A DNA stretch of 64,000 nt. Origin: Nageia nagi. Taxonomy: Eukaryota > Plantae > Pinophyta. The notes beneath the pieces are model-generated. The model saw only the letters and a program-made list of their open reading frames with translations, was not told the origin of the DNA and made no database searches. The stretch's first letter is position 1. Each line of letters starts with the position of its first letter. The DNA is taken from the NCBI GenBank assembly GCA_050084985.1, contig JBITNC010000001.1, positions 138,880,001 through 138,944,000 of the forward strand. The letters are read 5' to 3'. Below, piece by piece: positions 49,881 to 64,000 of the stretch. The position numbers and the translations under genes are program-made.

Positions 49881-51264
49881 AACGTGGAACCATGGCGGTT
49901 ATGGGAGCTTTAGATGTAATAACAAAAGGGTAACTATAGCTATTTTATTTTCCTATTGGGAGGAACTTGGATTATTACGAGTGTAGATATTATAGAAATA
50001 TTATTGTTATTCTCTTTCTTTTTAGTTCTCTGTATTTCGTTGAAATTGATGAAAGGAATTTTTGAGTATAAAGGTTTGAGTACGAATACTGGTCATTTGT
50101 ATCTTTCACATTTAGATCTCACAGTCTTTCTGTTCATGAACTAGAAACGACAAGCAAGTCCCTCACACAATTGAACCTAAACGCCAAAAATTTCAGATTC
50201 ATTACATGCAATACAATCGCAATATAGTAATGCAGTGTATATTGTTTTGCTATCAGAACAAACCTCTGTAGCCGGAAGGAGCCTCTCATATACGTTACCC
50301 GATCGTGTGTGTGAAATGCATATTTTACTTCTCAATTTCTCTTGCTTGTAGAGTTCGGTGTAATTTGCCGATTTCTCTTCAATATTATATGGGGTTTCTT
50401 TGTAACTGTATATTAGTCATGAATGGGGTTTCAGATATGATCATGTGAAATTGTTATACTTCTGTCAGTACTTGTTCTTTATGTTCAGATTTCATCCTCT
50501 GAAATTTTTACCTGTTTAAAGTCGTGAAGTAATTCTTAAATCAAAATATACTTCAAGAAATTTCTGTTCAATCTAAATTATTTTTTAACATCTTTCATTT
50601 CAAAAACCGTATTTTTTTGCTCTAAATACAATGTAAATTGAAATGTTCTACGAGTTGTGTAGGTAAGGGACTTTTCACCCCTTCAAAACCATATGCACCT
50701 TTTGATATTTTGATACATCTGTTGAGAATTTTTGTAGATCTCATTTGCTTTTGGTGTATATTCTAAAATTAATATTGGTTTCGTGAAGAGAATTTTTTGA
50801 ATTTGCACAAATTCATAAAACTAACGAAGCATTTTAGTTTTATGAATATGCAATATAATTTTTTTAAGAAATCGAGGTTCACGTATTCGTAAAACTAATA
50901 TGATGCACTAGACTTTCCACGAATATGTAAACCTACATTGTAAAAATACAACTATGCCGAATATTTGAGAAACTAAGATGTTGCATTTGTTTCGTAAGTA
51001 TGGGAAGGGGAAACCTAAAATGCAATATTTGTTTCATGAATCTATAGACCAAAATTTAAAAAAAAATAAATAAAAGAGGATCATGCTTTCAAAGGCCATC
51101 AACTTTCTAGACATCAAGTATGTTCAATTAATGTAGGCTAGCAGACTCATTTGAAATCAAATAAAACTCTAAAAACTTAGCCCATTCTTTCATTTCACTC
51201 AACTGACCTTAAAACCTTGACCAATGGAGTTCTGAAGAATCTGCAATATGTAATATATCTTTCT

Positions 51265-53340
51265 CTAAAATCTGCATAAGCTGTAAAAGTAAGCACTAAA
51301 AACTCCCTTTTGTTGTATTTTTATGAATTCTAGTTGATGAGTTTGCATTTGCACCATCCATCTTGTGAAATAAAAAAGATATTTTATAAACATGTCTACT
51401 AAGGCACTCACAACGATAACATTTGATGAAAACACATTTTCAGCTATTATTTGATAGATGAAAATGTGATGAAAGACAATTTTCAATACTATTTGATGAA
51501 TGTTTGAAATCATGTAAACATGAAAAACCCTATATCATTATTTCGTTTCACTCAATCGACTCCAAAATCTCAACCAAGGGGAGCCTTGGAGAAATTTGCA
51601 ATAATATTTCTTATAATCAATCTACCCAAGCTATGAAAGTAGGTGGTGAAAAATCATTTTTTATTGTATTTGTATAGTTTAAAGTTAAATAAATTTCATT
51701 TTCACCATGCATCTATTTTTCATGAATAGGTCTTTGATATTTTGCATACACTAAAACCAGGGAAAATATGTCTACGAGGGATATGTCCACACCTTCTTCT
51801 AGATATATGTTTTACATACATGTCTATGAGGGCACTCACAATAATAACATTCGAGAAAAACCCAGTCCATCAAACTGTATCTACATCATGGATCTTGTTA
51901 AATATTTTATGATCCTTTTGTATTCTTTCACATTTTAAATGCATGATGATCACGATGGTGACAATAACAACATTCAATGAAAACCTTTCAATCATTCTTC
52001 AATGGATGTCCCTTATGGGTCTTCTACATTCTTGAAATGTTTCATAAATATCAACTAGGGTTCTCACAACAACAATATTCAATGAAAACCCATTTTAAAC
52101 CACACTTTGATGGATGATTTTATGCATATCTTGGGACCATTGAAGACTAACAAATTGCATCTCATTTGATTTTAGTTTTAAATTTGGAAGGTTTAATTAT
52201 CATCAAGAAGATTCTATTTATAGAAGTAAACCTTTCTTCTATAAAAGCTAATCTTACATTTCTAATCATTACTTTATAAAATATCAAAAATGTAATCAAA
52301 TCTTAAAAACAAAAAATAATATTACATATTGTAAAAAAATATATTTTAAAAACGTATTAAACATTTTACAAAGCTACTTTATATGTTTGTAAAAATCTAT
52401 TGTATTTTATTAATCGATTATGTACTTATTTCAATTTGAATATATGCTATCATTTGTTAATATTCTTATATCATTTACTATCATTCATATATCTTAGTTT
52501 TATGAGCATTAGCAAAGTTTTCTTACTTCGTGTGGGCTTTGTTAATTTATACTTAAGATTTTAAATTGGAATGTTAATTGGTATTGTAACTAATCACAAT
52601 ATCATATAAAAGTATTTAATTCTTACCTATGTATTTCAATTATCAAACAAATCTACATGGGCCAAAAATATCAATAACTTGATGTCGTTATCATGCCTCG
52701 ATTGGGTAGAGTTTAGTACTAGATTTATTAGTACATTAAAATCTAAAAGTTAGTAATTAAAATGTGTTAGATTAAAATTGCAGGGATGTTCTCTTCCCAC
52801 ATGTACGCTATAGTGAACGTCATGGTATGAAATTATTTTAAGTAGTGAATAATTGAAAACTATGCAAACCAATAAAATTCCCATTCTTAGTTTTCTCCTA
52901 ACATAGATATTATTCTTGAAGTCCCAAGGATATCATGGTTGCTAGGGATTGATTTCTTGATCTACAAGATAGCTTCATATGCACTCATATTCTTATGAAA
53001 CTCTCTCTAAAAAAAGTCATTTAGTGCTTTGTAATCTCATCCAAATGGAAACAATTTTGAACACTATTACCAGATCTCAAGTTTATAGAAGACTTTTTAT
53101 TCTATACCATTAACAAGTCATAAAAGAGAAAATTTTACATACATAATGACCATGGCACTAACAACAACAACATTTGATGAAAACCCATATTCATATCTAT
53201 ACCATTGCATTCCATGAAACTATGTCTACATCATGCATCTTATCAAATGATTCTAGGGCCTAATTTATTATTTTCCAATTAGCATAAATGTCTATCAAGG
53301 CATTCATAACAAAAGTGTTTGATGAAAAGACATTTTTTTG
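51265..53340 (-). pseudogene. Mosaic of degenerate PPR gene fragments (copy C)
   Basis: ORF 51265-51513 reads IYQIIAENVFSSNVIVVSALVDMFIKY; colinear with 22440-24570. Confidence 0.75.
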
Positions 53341-53828
53341 TAGGAAATATTGTTGTAGGATATTAATTTTTAATAGTTAAATATAGAAAACATGGTCTAA
53401 TTCTATTGAAAAAAAATTATAGTATTTTTATCCATAGGTAGTGTAAATTTGCATCAAGTATACAAAATGTTTTATATAGAATTTGGGACATATAATGCAT
53501 TGAATGAGAAAATAAAATAATAAAATATATACAATTATTGATGTGAATTTGTCTAACTCCACACAAATTTGGCGGCTCATGTTTGCTTTGCATTACATTT
53601 GACATGGTAGTCAAAATAGATTCACCAATATGTAAAAATTCAAAATTAAGTCATTAAAATATATTAATACATTTTAAATACTTAATTTTAGGTTTTTATG
53701 TACTAGTGAATCTGTTATGATTCTAGTGTCAAATTTAATTCAAGGCATATGTGAGTTGCCAAGCTCATGTGAAGTAAAATGAATTTCCATCAACGGTTCT
53801 ATATATTTTTTGTTATTCTTAATTTCTA

Positions 53829-53968
53829 TATTTTTTATTATTTGCATGGTCCATGCTTTCAAATTTCATCAGAATATTATTACAAAGGGAGTGTTATTTT
53901 ATTTTTTATTATTTGCATGGTCCATGCTTTCAAATTTCATAAGAATATTATTACAAAGGGAGTGTTAT
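53829..53968. repeat. ~70-bp tandem duplication
   Basis: TTTTTTATTATTTGCATGGTCCATGCTTTCAAATTTCAT.AGAATATTATTACAAAGGGAGTGTTAT occurs twice. Confidence 0.88.
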
Positions 53969-54898
53969 GAATAAATACATGTACAAATAGACAATGTTGT
54001 TCCTCCAACTCTAGAACATAACCTTGGTATGTATTCTACTTGAATGCAACTTTAATGGATGAGGGTTATAAATACTTTAATACCATGAATGACTATAAGT
54101 GCATTATTCTCTCCAAAAACTAGTGAACATTCTTTCATTTCACTCAATCAAACTTGAAAATCAAAGTAATAGATAAATTAATTATACTTAGATTCTTTGA
54201 TATAATACACCACTTGGGACATAATTATATCAAGGCATTCATGTACCTTGTGTATTCTTATACATTTTGCATACATGTCTATTGGATCATTCACAATGAT
54301 ATTTTTTTAAACATATGACATTTTGTATGTATGTCTACTATGAAAATTATGTTTTTATTGAGCATACTATCAAATAATTTTTATGGATATTGCGTATCAT
54401 TGTACATTTTGCATACATGTCTATCACAACATACATGACTATCATTGCAACCCATGAAACTATGTTAGCAATATATACCTTATCAAACAATTCCCAAACT
54501 TTATGTATTCTCTTATATGGATATCATGAATTGTGCATTCACAATGAAATTTTTTAAAACATATGACATTTTGAATGCATGTCTATCATGGAAACTATGT
54601 TTGCATCTTACATATTGTCAAATAATTTCATCAATATTGTGTAATATTTTACATTTTTCATACATATCTATCAAATGATATATGTATATTATTACATTCC
54701 ATGCAATTTTATTTACAATATATACCTTGTCAAACAATTCTAGGTTCTTTTGTACTCTCCCATATGGATATTGAGAATTATGCATTCACAATGCTAATTT
54801 TTAAAATAGATGATATGTTGCATGCATGGCTATCATGAAAATTGTGTTTACATCATGCATATTATCAAATAATATCTTATATATTGTCCAATATTCTT

Positions 54899-55024
<126 letters not shown>

Positions 55025-56510
55025 ATCACTGAATGCATGTCTATCATTGTATTAATTTTGGATGGCCTTTTAATAATCCATATTGTATTCATTTCTTATA
55101 TTGTATTATGCATGCATATGTTTTATATAATATTATTGGAGGGCCTTCTGAAACTCTAAATTATTATTCTATATCATCTTTTTAATAAATAAAAGAACTA
55201 CATTTATTTTTGAAGATAAGGATTAACATGTATCTAAACCTCTTTGTTTGTACATTGTATTTTACTTTCCACTTTCCCACAACTGAAACATGCTAAATAG
55301 AAGAATGTCGTGGTAAATTACTAGCATGTTATAAAACTCCATGATATTGCTTCTATCTAGCATGATATAGTTGTAGGACAATGAAAAACTCTATCATTCC
55401 ACTATATATATGTTGCAAGAAACCTAGAAAGGTATCCTTCATTCAATGATATGCTACAATTAGAAACAAAGATATTTTGATAGCCATTTTATGCAATGAT
55501 TTGATATCCATTTTATGTAATGATTATTAGGAGGTTTTGGATTTACACTTGAGAATTGTGTATTATTCTACATTATGTATTTCTAATGATTATTTTAGTG
55601 CATGTACTAAGGATGACATTAGATAGAGGTTAAGAATCTTATTTGAGTAAAGTGTAAGGCTCTTTTATTATCTTCAAAGAATTGTGAGACTTTTTCTTTA
55701 GAATAAAAAGGACACTAAGAATTCATTTTTTTAAGAGACAAAAATGAACTCTATGCTCTAGACTAAAGGCTCTCAATCACAATCTAATCACCTTTTAGAG
55801 ACATGTATACAAATGATACTAAGCATTCCAAGAGATATTAAAGATACTAAACCGTATGAGTCATGTTCTTTTTATTAGTTTAGGTTTTCCTTAAAAAATA
55901 ATATCTTTTATAATAAATATTTATTTACAAGGTTATTCAATCGAAGGAAGTTGGAGGGAATTCTTTGAATCATTTTAGTCCATAAAATTGTATTTTCATC
56001 ATCCATATTGTCAAACAATCATTGGTCCTACTTATTTCTTCCATATTTTGCATGCATGTAGATTATATAAAAATAATATATTGTATTCATGAATTGAACA
56101 TCCAATCAAAAATAAAATTACTTTTAATATTTAATACTAACAAAATATATATGTCTATCATTATAGTCCACTTGGGATACAACTATAATAGGCCATTCAT
56201 GTGCCTTACACATTCTTGTACATTTCGCATATATGTCTATCAGGGAATTCACAATGATAGTTTTTAAAATAGATATATTTTACATGCATTTATATCATGA
56301 AAATGGTATTTCATCATGTATAATGTCAAATAATTTCATGGATATTGTGTTCTATTGTATATTTTCATACATTTATATCATAGCATACATGACTATCATT
56401 GTAGCCCATGAAACTATGTCTACAACATATATCTAGTCCAACAATTCCCACAACTTTTGTAGTCTCCCATATTGATATTATGAATTGTGAATTCAAAATG
56501 ATAAATTTTC

Positions 56511-57596
56511 ATAAGGCATTAGTACACTTGATGTGAATTCAGCTATAAGAGATCAACAAAATGGGCTCCAATCACATAAATGTATTAACATAGAAGAAAA
56601 CTTTCTAATGGTCTTCTTCTCATTCTTAAATTCACAATGCCTTTTTAGGTCTATTAAAATAGCTAATATATAAAGAAGGAGATTCTCACTTAAAAATAAC
56701 AAATAGTCTAAAAACCAAGACATTACTAAAAATAGCAAGTTTCTAATAAAAAGATAGAAAGTTTCTAAAAATAGGAAGTTCCTCGGATTCTACCCAAACT
56801 TGGCATGCAAGCCTAGTTAACATGGACTAAGGCATAACCCAATTTATTCTCCTAAACAAATTCTACAACAAAAGATATTAAAGTCTACAAGAGGTGGTAG
56901 TCGAATCATGAAAACCCATATCTAGCTCTCCTCAAATTTTCAAGAAGCTCTGACAATTGGATCAAAAGTTATGATCATTTTAAGGTGCATAAACATTGAA
57001 TTTGGGTTTTTTAGTTTTCATCACATTGATCTCATAATTTGGAGCACTTAGACATGGAATCTTGAAGAGGATTATTTTGGTAAAAATGTAGTGCTTTGAC
57101 TATAGTTTTCAAACATATAATTTATTCTAATACCTATATGATAAAACATTATTTTTATAGGTATGAATAAAAACCACTATTTAAAAAATATTATTTCTGG
57201 ACCATACCATGCATTTGTCTATCACATATATTTTGATCTAAACTAAAGTAGTTTTTAAAATCCTTTTGGAAAAGATACCTAACACAATGAAGCTTGTCTT
57301 GAATATTCTTTTATAATTATTTACTGAATATTTTTTTAATTAATATTTAATAGATTGTAATTATGATTTTGACAAAAGCTTACATTCATCATGTATAATT
57401 TGATCTAAATTTATCATTTTTTCAAACTTCTTTTTTTTTTATTTTGTAGAAAATTATCTAAAGGTTGTCCCTATATATTTGTTTTCTTAAAATTCTTAAA
57501 AAATAAAAATTTATTAAAAAATAAAACTTTACTTTTAAATTTTTTAAGTCATAAAACTTCCTCTTCATGTGGACTCATCTTTTTGTATGCACCCTC
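56511..57596. mobile_element. ~1.1-kb insertion in a repeat unit, probably an LTR-derived fragment or solo LTR
   Basis: Interrupts a 247-bp unit between ATAAATTTTC and GATGACATTTTGCATG. TGATGTGAA at 56529; 57040-57530 resembles Gypsy-flanking sequence at 38110-38580. Termini and TSD not resolved. Confidence 0.5.
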
Positions 57597-59207
57597 GATG
57601 ACATTTTGCATGCATTTCTCTCACAAAAACTATGTTTACATCATCCATACTATTAAACAATTTCATGGATATTATGTAATGTTGTACATTTTGCATGCAT
57701 ATCTATCAAAGTATACATGTATATCTTATCAAAAAATTCTAAGATCTTCTATAGTATCCCTTGTGGATATTGAGATTATGCATTCACAATGATAATTTTT
57801 AAAATAGATGATATTTTGTGTATATTTCTATCATAAAAAATGTGTTTGCATCATGCATTCTAAAAAATAATATCATGGATATTGTGTAATGTTATAGAAT
57901 TTTCATACATATCTATCACATAATACATTTCTATCATTGTATTAATTTTAGGTGACCATTCAATACTCCACATTATATTCACTTAATATATTATATTTTC
58001 CCTACACAAGTTTTGTATAATATTACTTGAGGGCCTTTCAAAACTCTAAATTATTGTACTATGTTACCTTTTTAATAACTAAAATAAATATGTTTGTTGG
58101 TGCATATGAGGAGTAATGTGTATCAGAATATCTTTATTTTTACATTGTATTATGCTTTCCACTATCCTACAACTATAACATACTAAATAGAAGTAATATC
58201 AGGGTAAATAACTGGCATGTTATAAACCTCCATTGTATTACTTTTATTTAGCATGTTACACTTGTTAAAAAATGGAAAGTTTTATAATTACACTATCTAT
58301 ATTTCTAAAGAAACCTAGAAAGGTATCTTTCATATCAATGATATACAACAACTACAAAAAAATATGTTTTCATATCCATTTTATGCTATATTTTGATATC
58401 CATTTTATGTAATGGTTATTTGTAGGTCTTGGATTTACACCTAAGAATTGTGTATTTTTATATATTATGGATTTCTCATTATTATTTTAGTGCAACTACT
58501 AAACAAGGGTTTAGATAAGCCTTGAGAATCTTGTTTCAAGAACTATAAGGCTCTTTTTTTGTATTCAAAGAAATGTAAACCCTTGTTCTTAGACTAAACA
58601 TGACACCAAAGAATTTAATTTTTTTAAGAGACTAAAATGAGCTCTATACTCTAGACTAAAGTCTCTCAATCATATCCTAATTACATTTTAGTGACATGTA
58701 TATAAATGATATTAAGCATTCCAAGAGAGATTAAAGACACTAAAGCATATGATTTAGATTATTTTTATTATTTTGGGTTTATCTTCAAGAACACTATCTT
58801 TTGCAATAGATATTTATTTACAAGGTTAATCAATTAAAGTTAGTTGAAAGAGATTCTTCAAATTATTTTAGTCCATGATATTTTATTTGCATCATGCATA
58901 TTATCAAACAATCATTAGCCCTAATTTTTTCTTCCATATTTTACATGCAAGTAGAACACATAGAAAGAATATGTTGAAGTCATGAATTGAACAACCTACC
59001 AAAATCAAAATTACTTTCAATATCTATTACTAATACAACATATTTATCTATCATTGTAGTCTACTTGGGATATTACTATAATAGGGTATTCAAGCACCTT
59101 GTTCATTCTAATACATTTTACATATATGTTTATTAGGGCATTCATAATGATAATTTTTAGAATAGATTACATTTTGTATGTATGTCTATCATGAAAACTT
59201 TATTTTA

Positions 59208-62200
59208 TGTTGACACCTGAATTTGGTCCCCTAAGGTGGCCCCTCTTAGGTGTAACATTACGTACATCATTTATAATACTTTTATCATATCTTAATTTAA
59301 TATTACATATTTCTTAGGTTGTGTTCTTATATTTATGTTAGGTATACCAATACATTTATATATAATATAAATGTAAGAATCTCTAGTTTGGGGAAAGCAT
59401 GTGAACATTACATCTTGATAGCTAGTACCCTACTCTTGGGTGTTTCTAAATACCTCATATTGAGATTGGAATTTTGTTATCACTTGAACAAATATATATC
59501 ATCCATTTTTAAAATCATATGCTTGTATTAGCTTGTTCATATCTCTTCTATTGTCAATCCTTGTTGGCATACTTCATTGTACTAAACTGCTAGTGCTTGC
59601 ACTAACATGCATGGCTATGCTTAGCTCTTGGAACCTAGCTCCTACATTGAGATCCTTTCTACTATTAGTCATGGGGTTCATACATCAAGTTCATTACTCT
59701 TAAATATTTCATCCTATGTTTATTAAAGTTTTTCACAAGTAACAATTCAAAAGTATTTATATTACACTTGATTCCATGTCTTTAGTGTGTGCTTTCAATT
59801 TGTGTCTTGATATAAATAGAACTGTAGTTCTATTATTACATTATTATATTCAATTTCATTATTTACTATTATTATGTATATTTGTTTGAGTTAAATAGCT
59901 TAGATATTACATACTTAAATATTTATATGTAATTAGTTCATCTAGGCCAAAATCCTAGGTGTACCAAAACAAATATCAACATATTGGTGGCCACCCATTT
60001 ATAACATTTTCTTTCTCTAAATTAGGGTTAAAATAAAAGTGTTAATGAACCTATATGTATCTTATTACATCAATATCCCTAGTGTTCTTGTTTACATTTG
60101 ATCAAAGGTTTTATAAGTGTGACATAAATGGAAAATATAACTCACAAATTCTTAGCCAAATTATTGGTAATGCTTGAATTTCAAGCTCTCATAATGAAGG
60201 CTTATATACCCATAGCTCATATTAGTAACCATACTAGCATGAATGTGCACATCAACATGAATGCAATCTTCATCACCAATGTTAATTGTAGTGCAAATGT
60301 TAGGAATAATGCATTAAATTTTATATCTTATACAATAGAGTAGATTAGATAGATTGAATCCAAGGTTAATATGTTTGAGAAAAAAATTGGAATTGGTACA
60401 TAGTGGATTAAGAATAGAGGTAACACCTCAAAGATGTCGATTCATAATACACTTTTTGTTGATATAGATAAGGATCTTAAATTCAAAAAGTTTAACAATG
60501 AGACTAATCGTATCATACATCTTCAAGATTTTGAATACATTATGGAACTTAAATGTGAAGTTAATGATAATTTAAAAGCAAAATATATTCCTATGAGTTT
60601 AAAAAATGAAGCTCATAAGTAGTTTCATAGTTTAGAACCAGGTTCCATATCCTCATATCAATAATTAAAGGAACAATTCAAAGCTCATTTCATATTGAAT
60701 GTCAAGAAACTATTTGATTTAACATATTTGATTGATTACCATAAAGGAAAAATAGAAAAGTTGGATAAATTCACTCCTAGACTTGTGAAGATTTGGAGGT
60801 CCATTGAACAAAAGGTAGATGAGCATTTCATCACAATGATATTCTATGATAACACTAATCCTATTCTTTGTGAAGAAGGACTTGAGCATGTTAATTATTC
60901 ATTAATCTATATGCTTAATTGACTTATTGAAAAGGAGGCATTTCTAATAAGGTCTAAACTACTTAAGGACACATCATCTTCTTCCAACAAAGATAGTGGT
61001 AGGAAACCTTAACATAAAAAGGATGATACTTTAGTCAATGCATTTGAATTAGCTAATCAAGATAATTCCAAAGATAGAAAATCAACCAAATATTTACATC
61101 CATTACCTATAAATCTAAATCAAATACTTGAATACTGTATAGAAAAATATGTAATAAAAAGGATTCAAGCAAAATACTATGGATTTAATGATGAAAAACC
61201 TATTTGGTATAAGGATAATCAATTCTACAAATATCATCAAGTCAAAGGGTACAATACCATAGGTTATTATGCTATGAGAAAGAAGTTGAAATAATTACTA
61301 GATAATGCAATAATATCATATGATAATGATGTGAGAAAAGTAAAATCTCAAGATTTACCTTCAACAAACATGATGAATATGATTATCCATGATGATAATG
61401 GTGAACCAACTGAGTTTGATGATGAATTTAATGCAGAACTAGAATCAAATACAAAATCAAAATTAGAAATGGATAAGGCATGGAATATAGTCACAAGATC
61501 AAATAAAGGTATTCTTAACCTAATCTTTGTTGCAAATGATGTACCTTCTAAACCTTCTCTTACAAAAAATTAGAAAGATAAATGCAAAAAGAATATTTAA
61601 TAGAATCTAAAAAATACTAATACTAAGATTAGTTTTCTTAAATTATTTGAAACATTTGAAGAGCATAGAGTAACTTTATTTGAATTAGTTATTGGCACTA
61701 ATGTTGAAATTAATATTTCAACTACTTTTTTAATAGAAATGGTTGGATATTTAAATAATGCTATAATAATTATAGAAGATGAGATTCTAAGTCATGACAT
61801 CATTGATAAATGGTTACTAATACAAATATATGTTAAAATATTAGGTAAAACTATCAAGCATGCATTTGTAGATGTTGATGCAGATTTTATTATTTCCTAT
61901 ATTGAATTTCTTAAAAAGTTTGGTGATAAGTTGATGCATATGTTTGTAAGAAATAAGTACAGATTATAAGTTATAATAGTGATAACAAATTATGTACAGG
62001 TCACATCATGTTGTCTATTTAGTTGGGAACAAATATGGTCATGATATACATTCTAGACAATAAGTTTCTCTATGATATTCTTGGAAGACCTTAGATACAT
62101 CCAATGAGGTGTGTACCAAATACATTACATAGATTGATTAAATTTAACCGTGGTGAATATGAATTTGTAGTTGAGGTAGTGGAGGAAAATTTAAATATGA

Positions 62201-64000
62201 TTGTAAAAGTAGGGAACACCATATTAATCCCTTATAAAAATATTAAAATTCATGAAGATAATGATAAAGATAATGAGGAAGATGAAGAGGAACATAGTGA
62301 TAGTATATATTTGTACAAAGAAATAGGTATTGAAACATATGTAGTTAGTCATAGAGTTATTAAAGATGACATTAGAAACTTTGACAAACTAAAAGCATAA
62401 AATGGAAATCAACATCAATGCTAGCCTCATTACAAGCACTACCCTCATTACTATAGATGTAGTTAGGATTAATATGAATATAATAAAGATGATATATATA
62501 CAATATTATAAAATGTAGATACTTTAAAAATAGAATTAAAGGATTATATAGATAGCAAAAAGATGGTAGCTTATGCTAAAATCAATAAAGAACATGAGAA
62601 ATGAAATACCATATACTGTATATAACTTAGTACATGGAATACAAAAAATATAGGGGTAAGGGATGTGAAAGGAATGGATAAGGTATTGAGTATTGCCTGT
62701 AAAAATATTATAATCAAATGAAAGAAAGATTGGACTACGTTCAAAGAAGATGAATAAGAAAAATTTAGTTTCACATAGTAGTTACACATATTTAGGATTA
62801 CAATTAGAGATACAGTTAGTTAATAGGGTTCAGTTTGCATCAATCAATAAGAGAATCACCTTAGATGATCCCCACTAAATCCATTTCCATGTTGAGAAAA
62901 TAGATGTCATAGCCTCCTAGCTTATGCTTTACAAGATAGTTTATAGCTCTTCTAATGTATTTAAAATAGATTATATTCTTTTGCACACATTGGGGGTAAG
63001 ATCAAAGTTCAAACTATTCCATCCTAAGAGGAAAGGAAAATTCACTTTTCATATTTATGCTTACTTTGGAGAAAATATGGAGGATATAACATGTTCTTCC
63101 ATACTACACTAACCTACTTTCTTTTTTCATTACATATGAGTAAGATAGGTAACTAGGGGTAGGTGTATATGTGTGACATTATTTCTCTTATGACATAAGA
63201 GTATTGGAGACATTGCCTAACTTGCATCAATATGGTGATGAGATACCATTGTTGAATGAGAATATTTTTGAGATAAATATTGATAATGTAACAAGGTTTA
63301 TGGAATATTTATATTAGAACAAGAATAATTAGGAATGATAAATACAACTACCAATAGTTTTTAATAGAATTTTAAGGATATTTTTCCTAAAAATACAATG
63401 ATATGATAGGATTAGATCCCTCCTTTATGAATCATATCTTGGTACTACATAAAGATGCCAAACTTGTATAATATAAAATAATACTAATGCATCTAAAGAA
63501 TTCTTTGCTAGTCAAGAATGAAACAAATAAGTATCTCAAGGAAGAATTCATTGAAACCATTTATTACTCACCTTGGTTGGTAAACATTGTTCCTACTTTG
63601 AAACCAAATGGAGAGATTAGATATTGTATAGATTTTAGATATCTAAACAAGGCTTGTACAAAAGATAATTTTCCTTTACCATACATTGACATAATATTCA
63701 ACTACAAAATATAAATTGTTATCTTCCATGGATGGTTTCTTCAAATAGCCAAATTAGAATCAATAGTTAAGATCAACATAAGATAACTTTCATGACACCT
63801 TGGGGAATATTTTGTTGGTTATTCATGCTCTTTGGCTTCAAAAATATAGAGAGAAACATATTAAAGAGAAATAGTAACTATGTTTCATGATCTTATTCAT
63901 AAACATGTTGAAGTTTGTGTTGATGACATTCTTACAAAATTAGTTAAGCAAGAAAATCATTTAGAATATCTAATATTCATTTTTGACAGGATGAGATAAT
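59208..64000 (+). mobile_element. Degenerate Ty3/Gypsy element of the Tat/Ogre type: 5' LTR 59208-59981, PBS-like site ~59985, gag, protease, RT (runs off the window)
   Basis: LTR TGTTGACACC...TATCAACA followed by TGGTGGCCACC. gag PMSLKNEAHK.FHSLEPGSISSY; protease tail ILGRP.IHPMRCVPNTLHRLIKF; RT SPWLVNIVP..KPNGEIR.CIDFR.LNKAC.KDNFPLP.ID, MDGF, EVCVDDI. Confidence 0.88.

Overview
Very AT-rich, CpG-depleted seed-plant nuclear DNA (gymnosperm-like by PPR and retroelement style; host is an inference). It is built from three diverged copies of a segmental-duplication unit around a class I LBD (LOB-domain) gene: a promoter-only copy A (~1745-3783), copy B (~3950-28520) and copy C (~44430-59200), interleaved with decayed Copia and Gypsy elements. 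Copy C holds a two-exon LBD gene (49390-49880) with a premature stop 11 codons early. In copy B, 178 bp of LBD exon 2 is replaced by a 5.7-kb composite with no target-site duplication. The composite is an intronless, 3'-truncated NAC transcription-factor cDNA (sense to LBD) plus a one-LTR Ale/Retrofit-type Copia (antisense), joined by short fillers copied from the Copia itself. This looks like co-capture of a host mRNA cDNA and a retrotransposon cDNA at a double-strand break. A second patchwork junction lies at 40950-41424. Downstream of both LBD copies is a mosaic of PLS-type PPR gene fragments amplified into a ~247-bp tandem repeat. All alignments and counts were done by eye.
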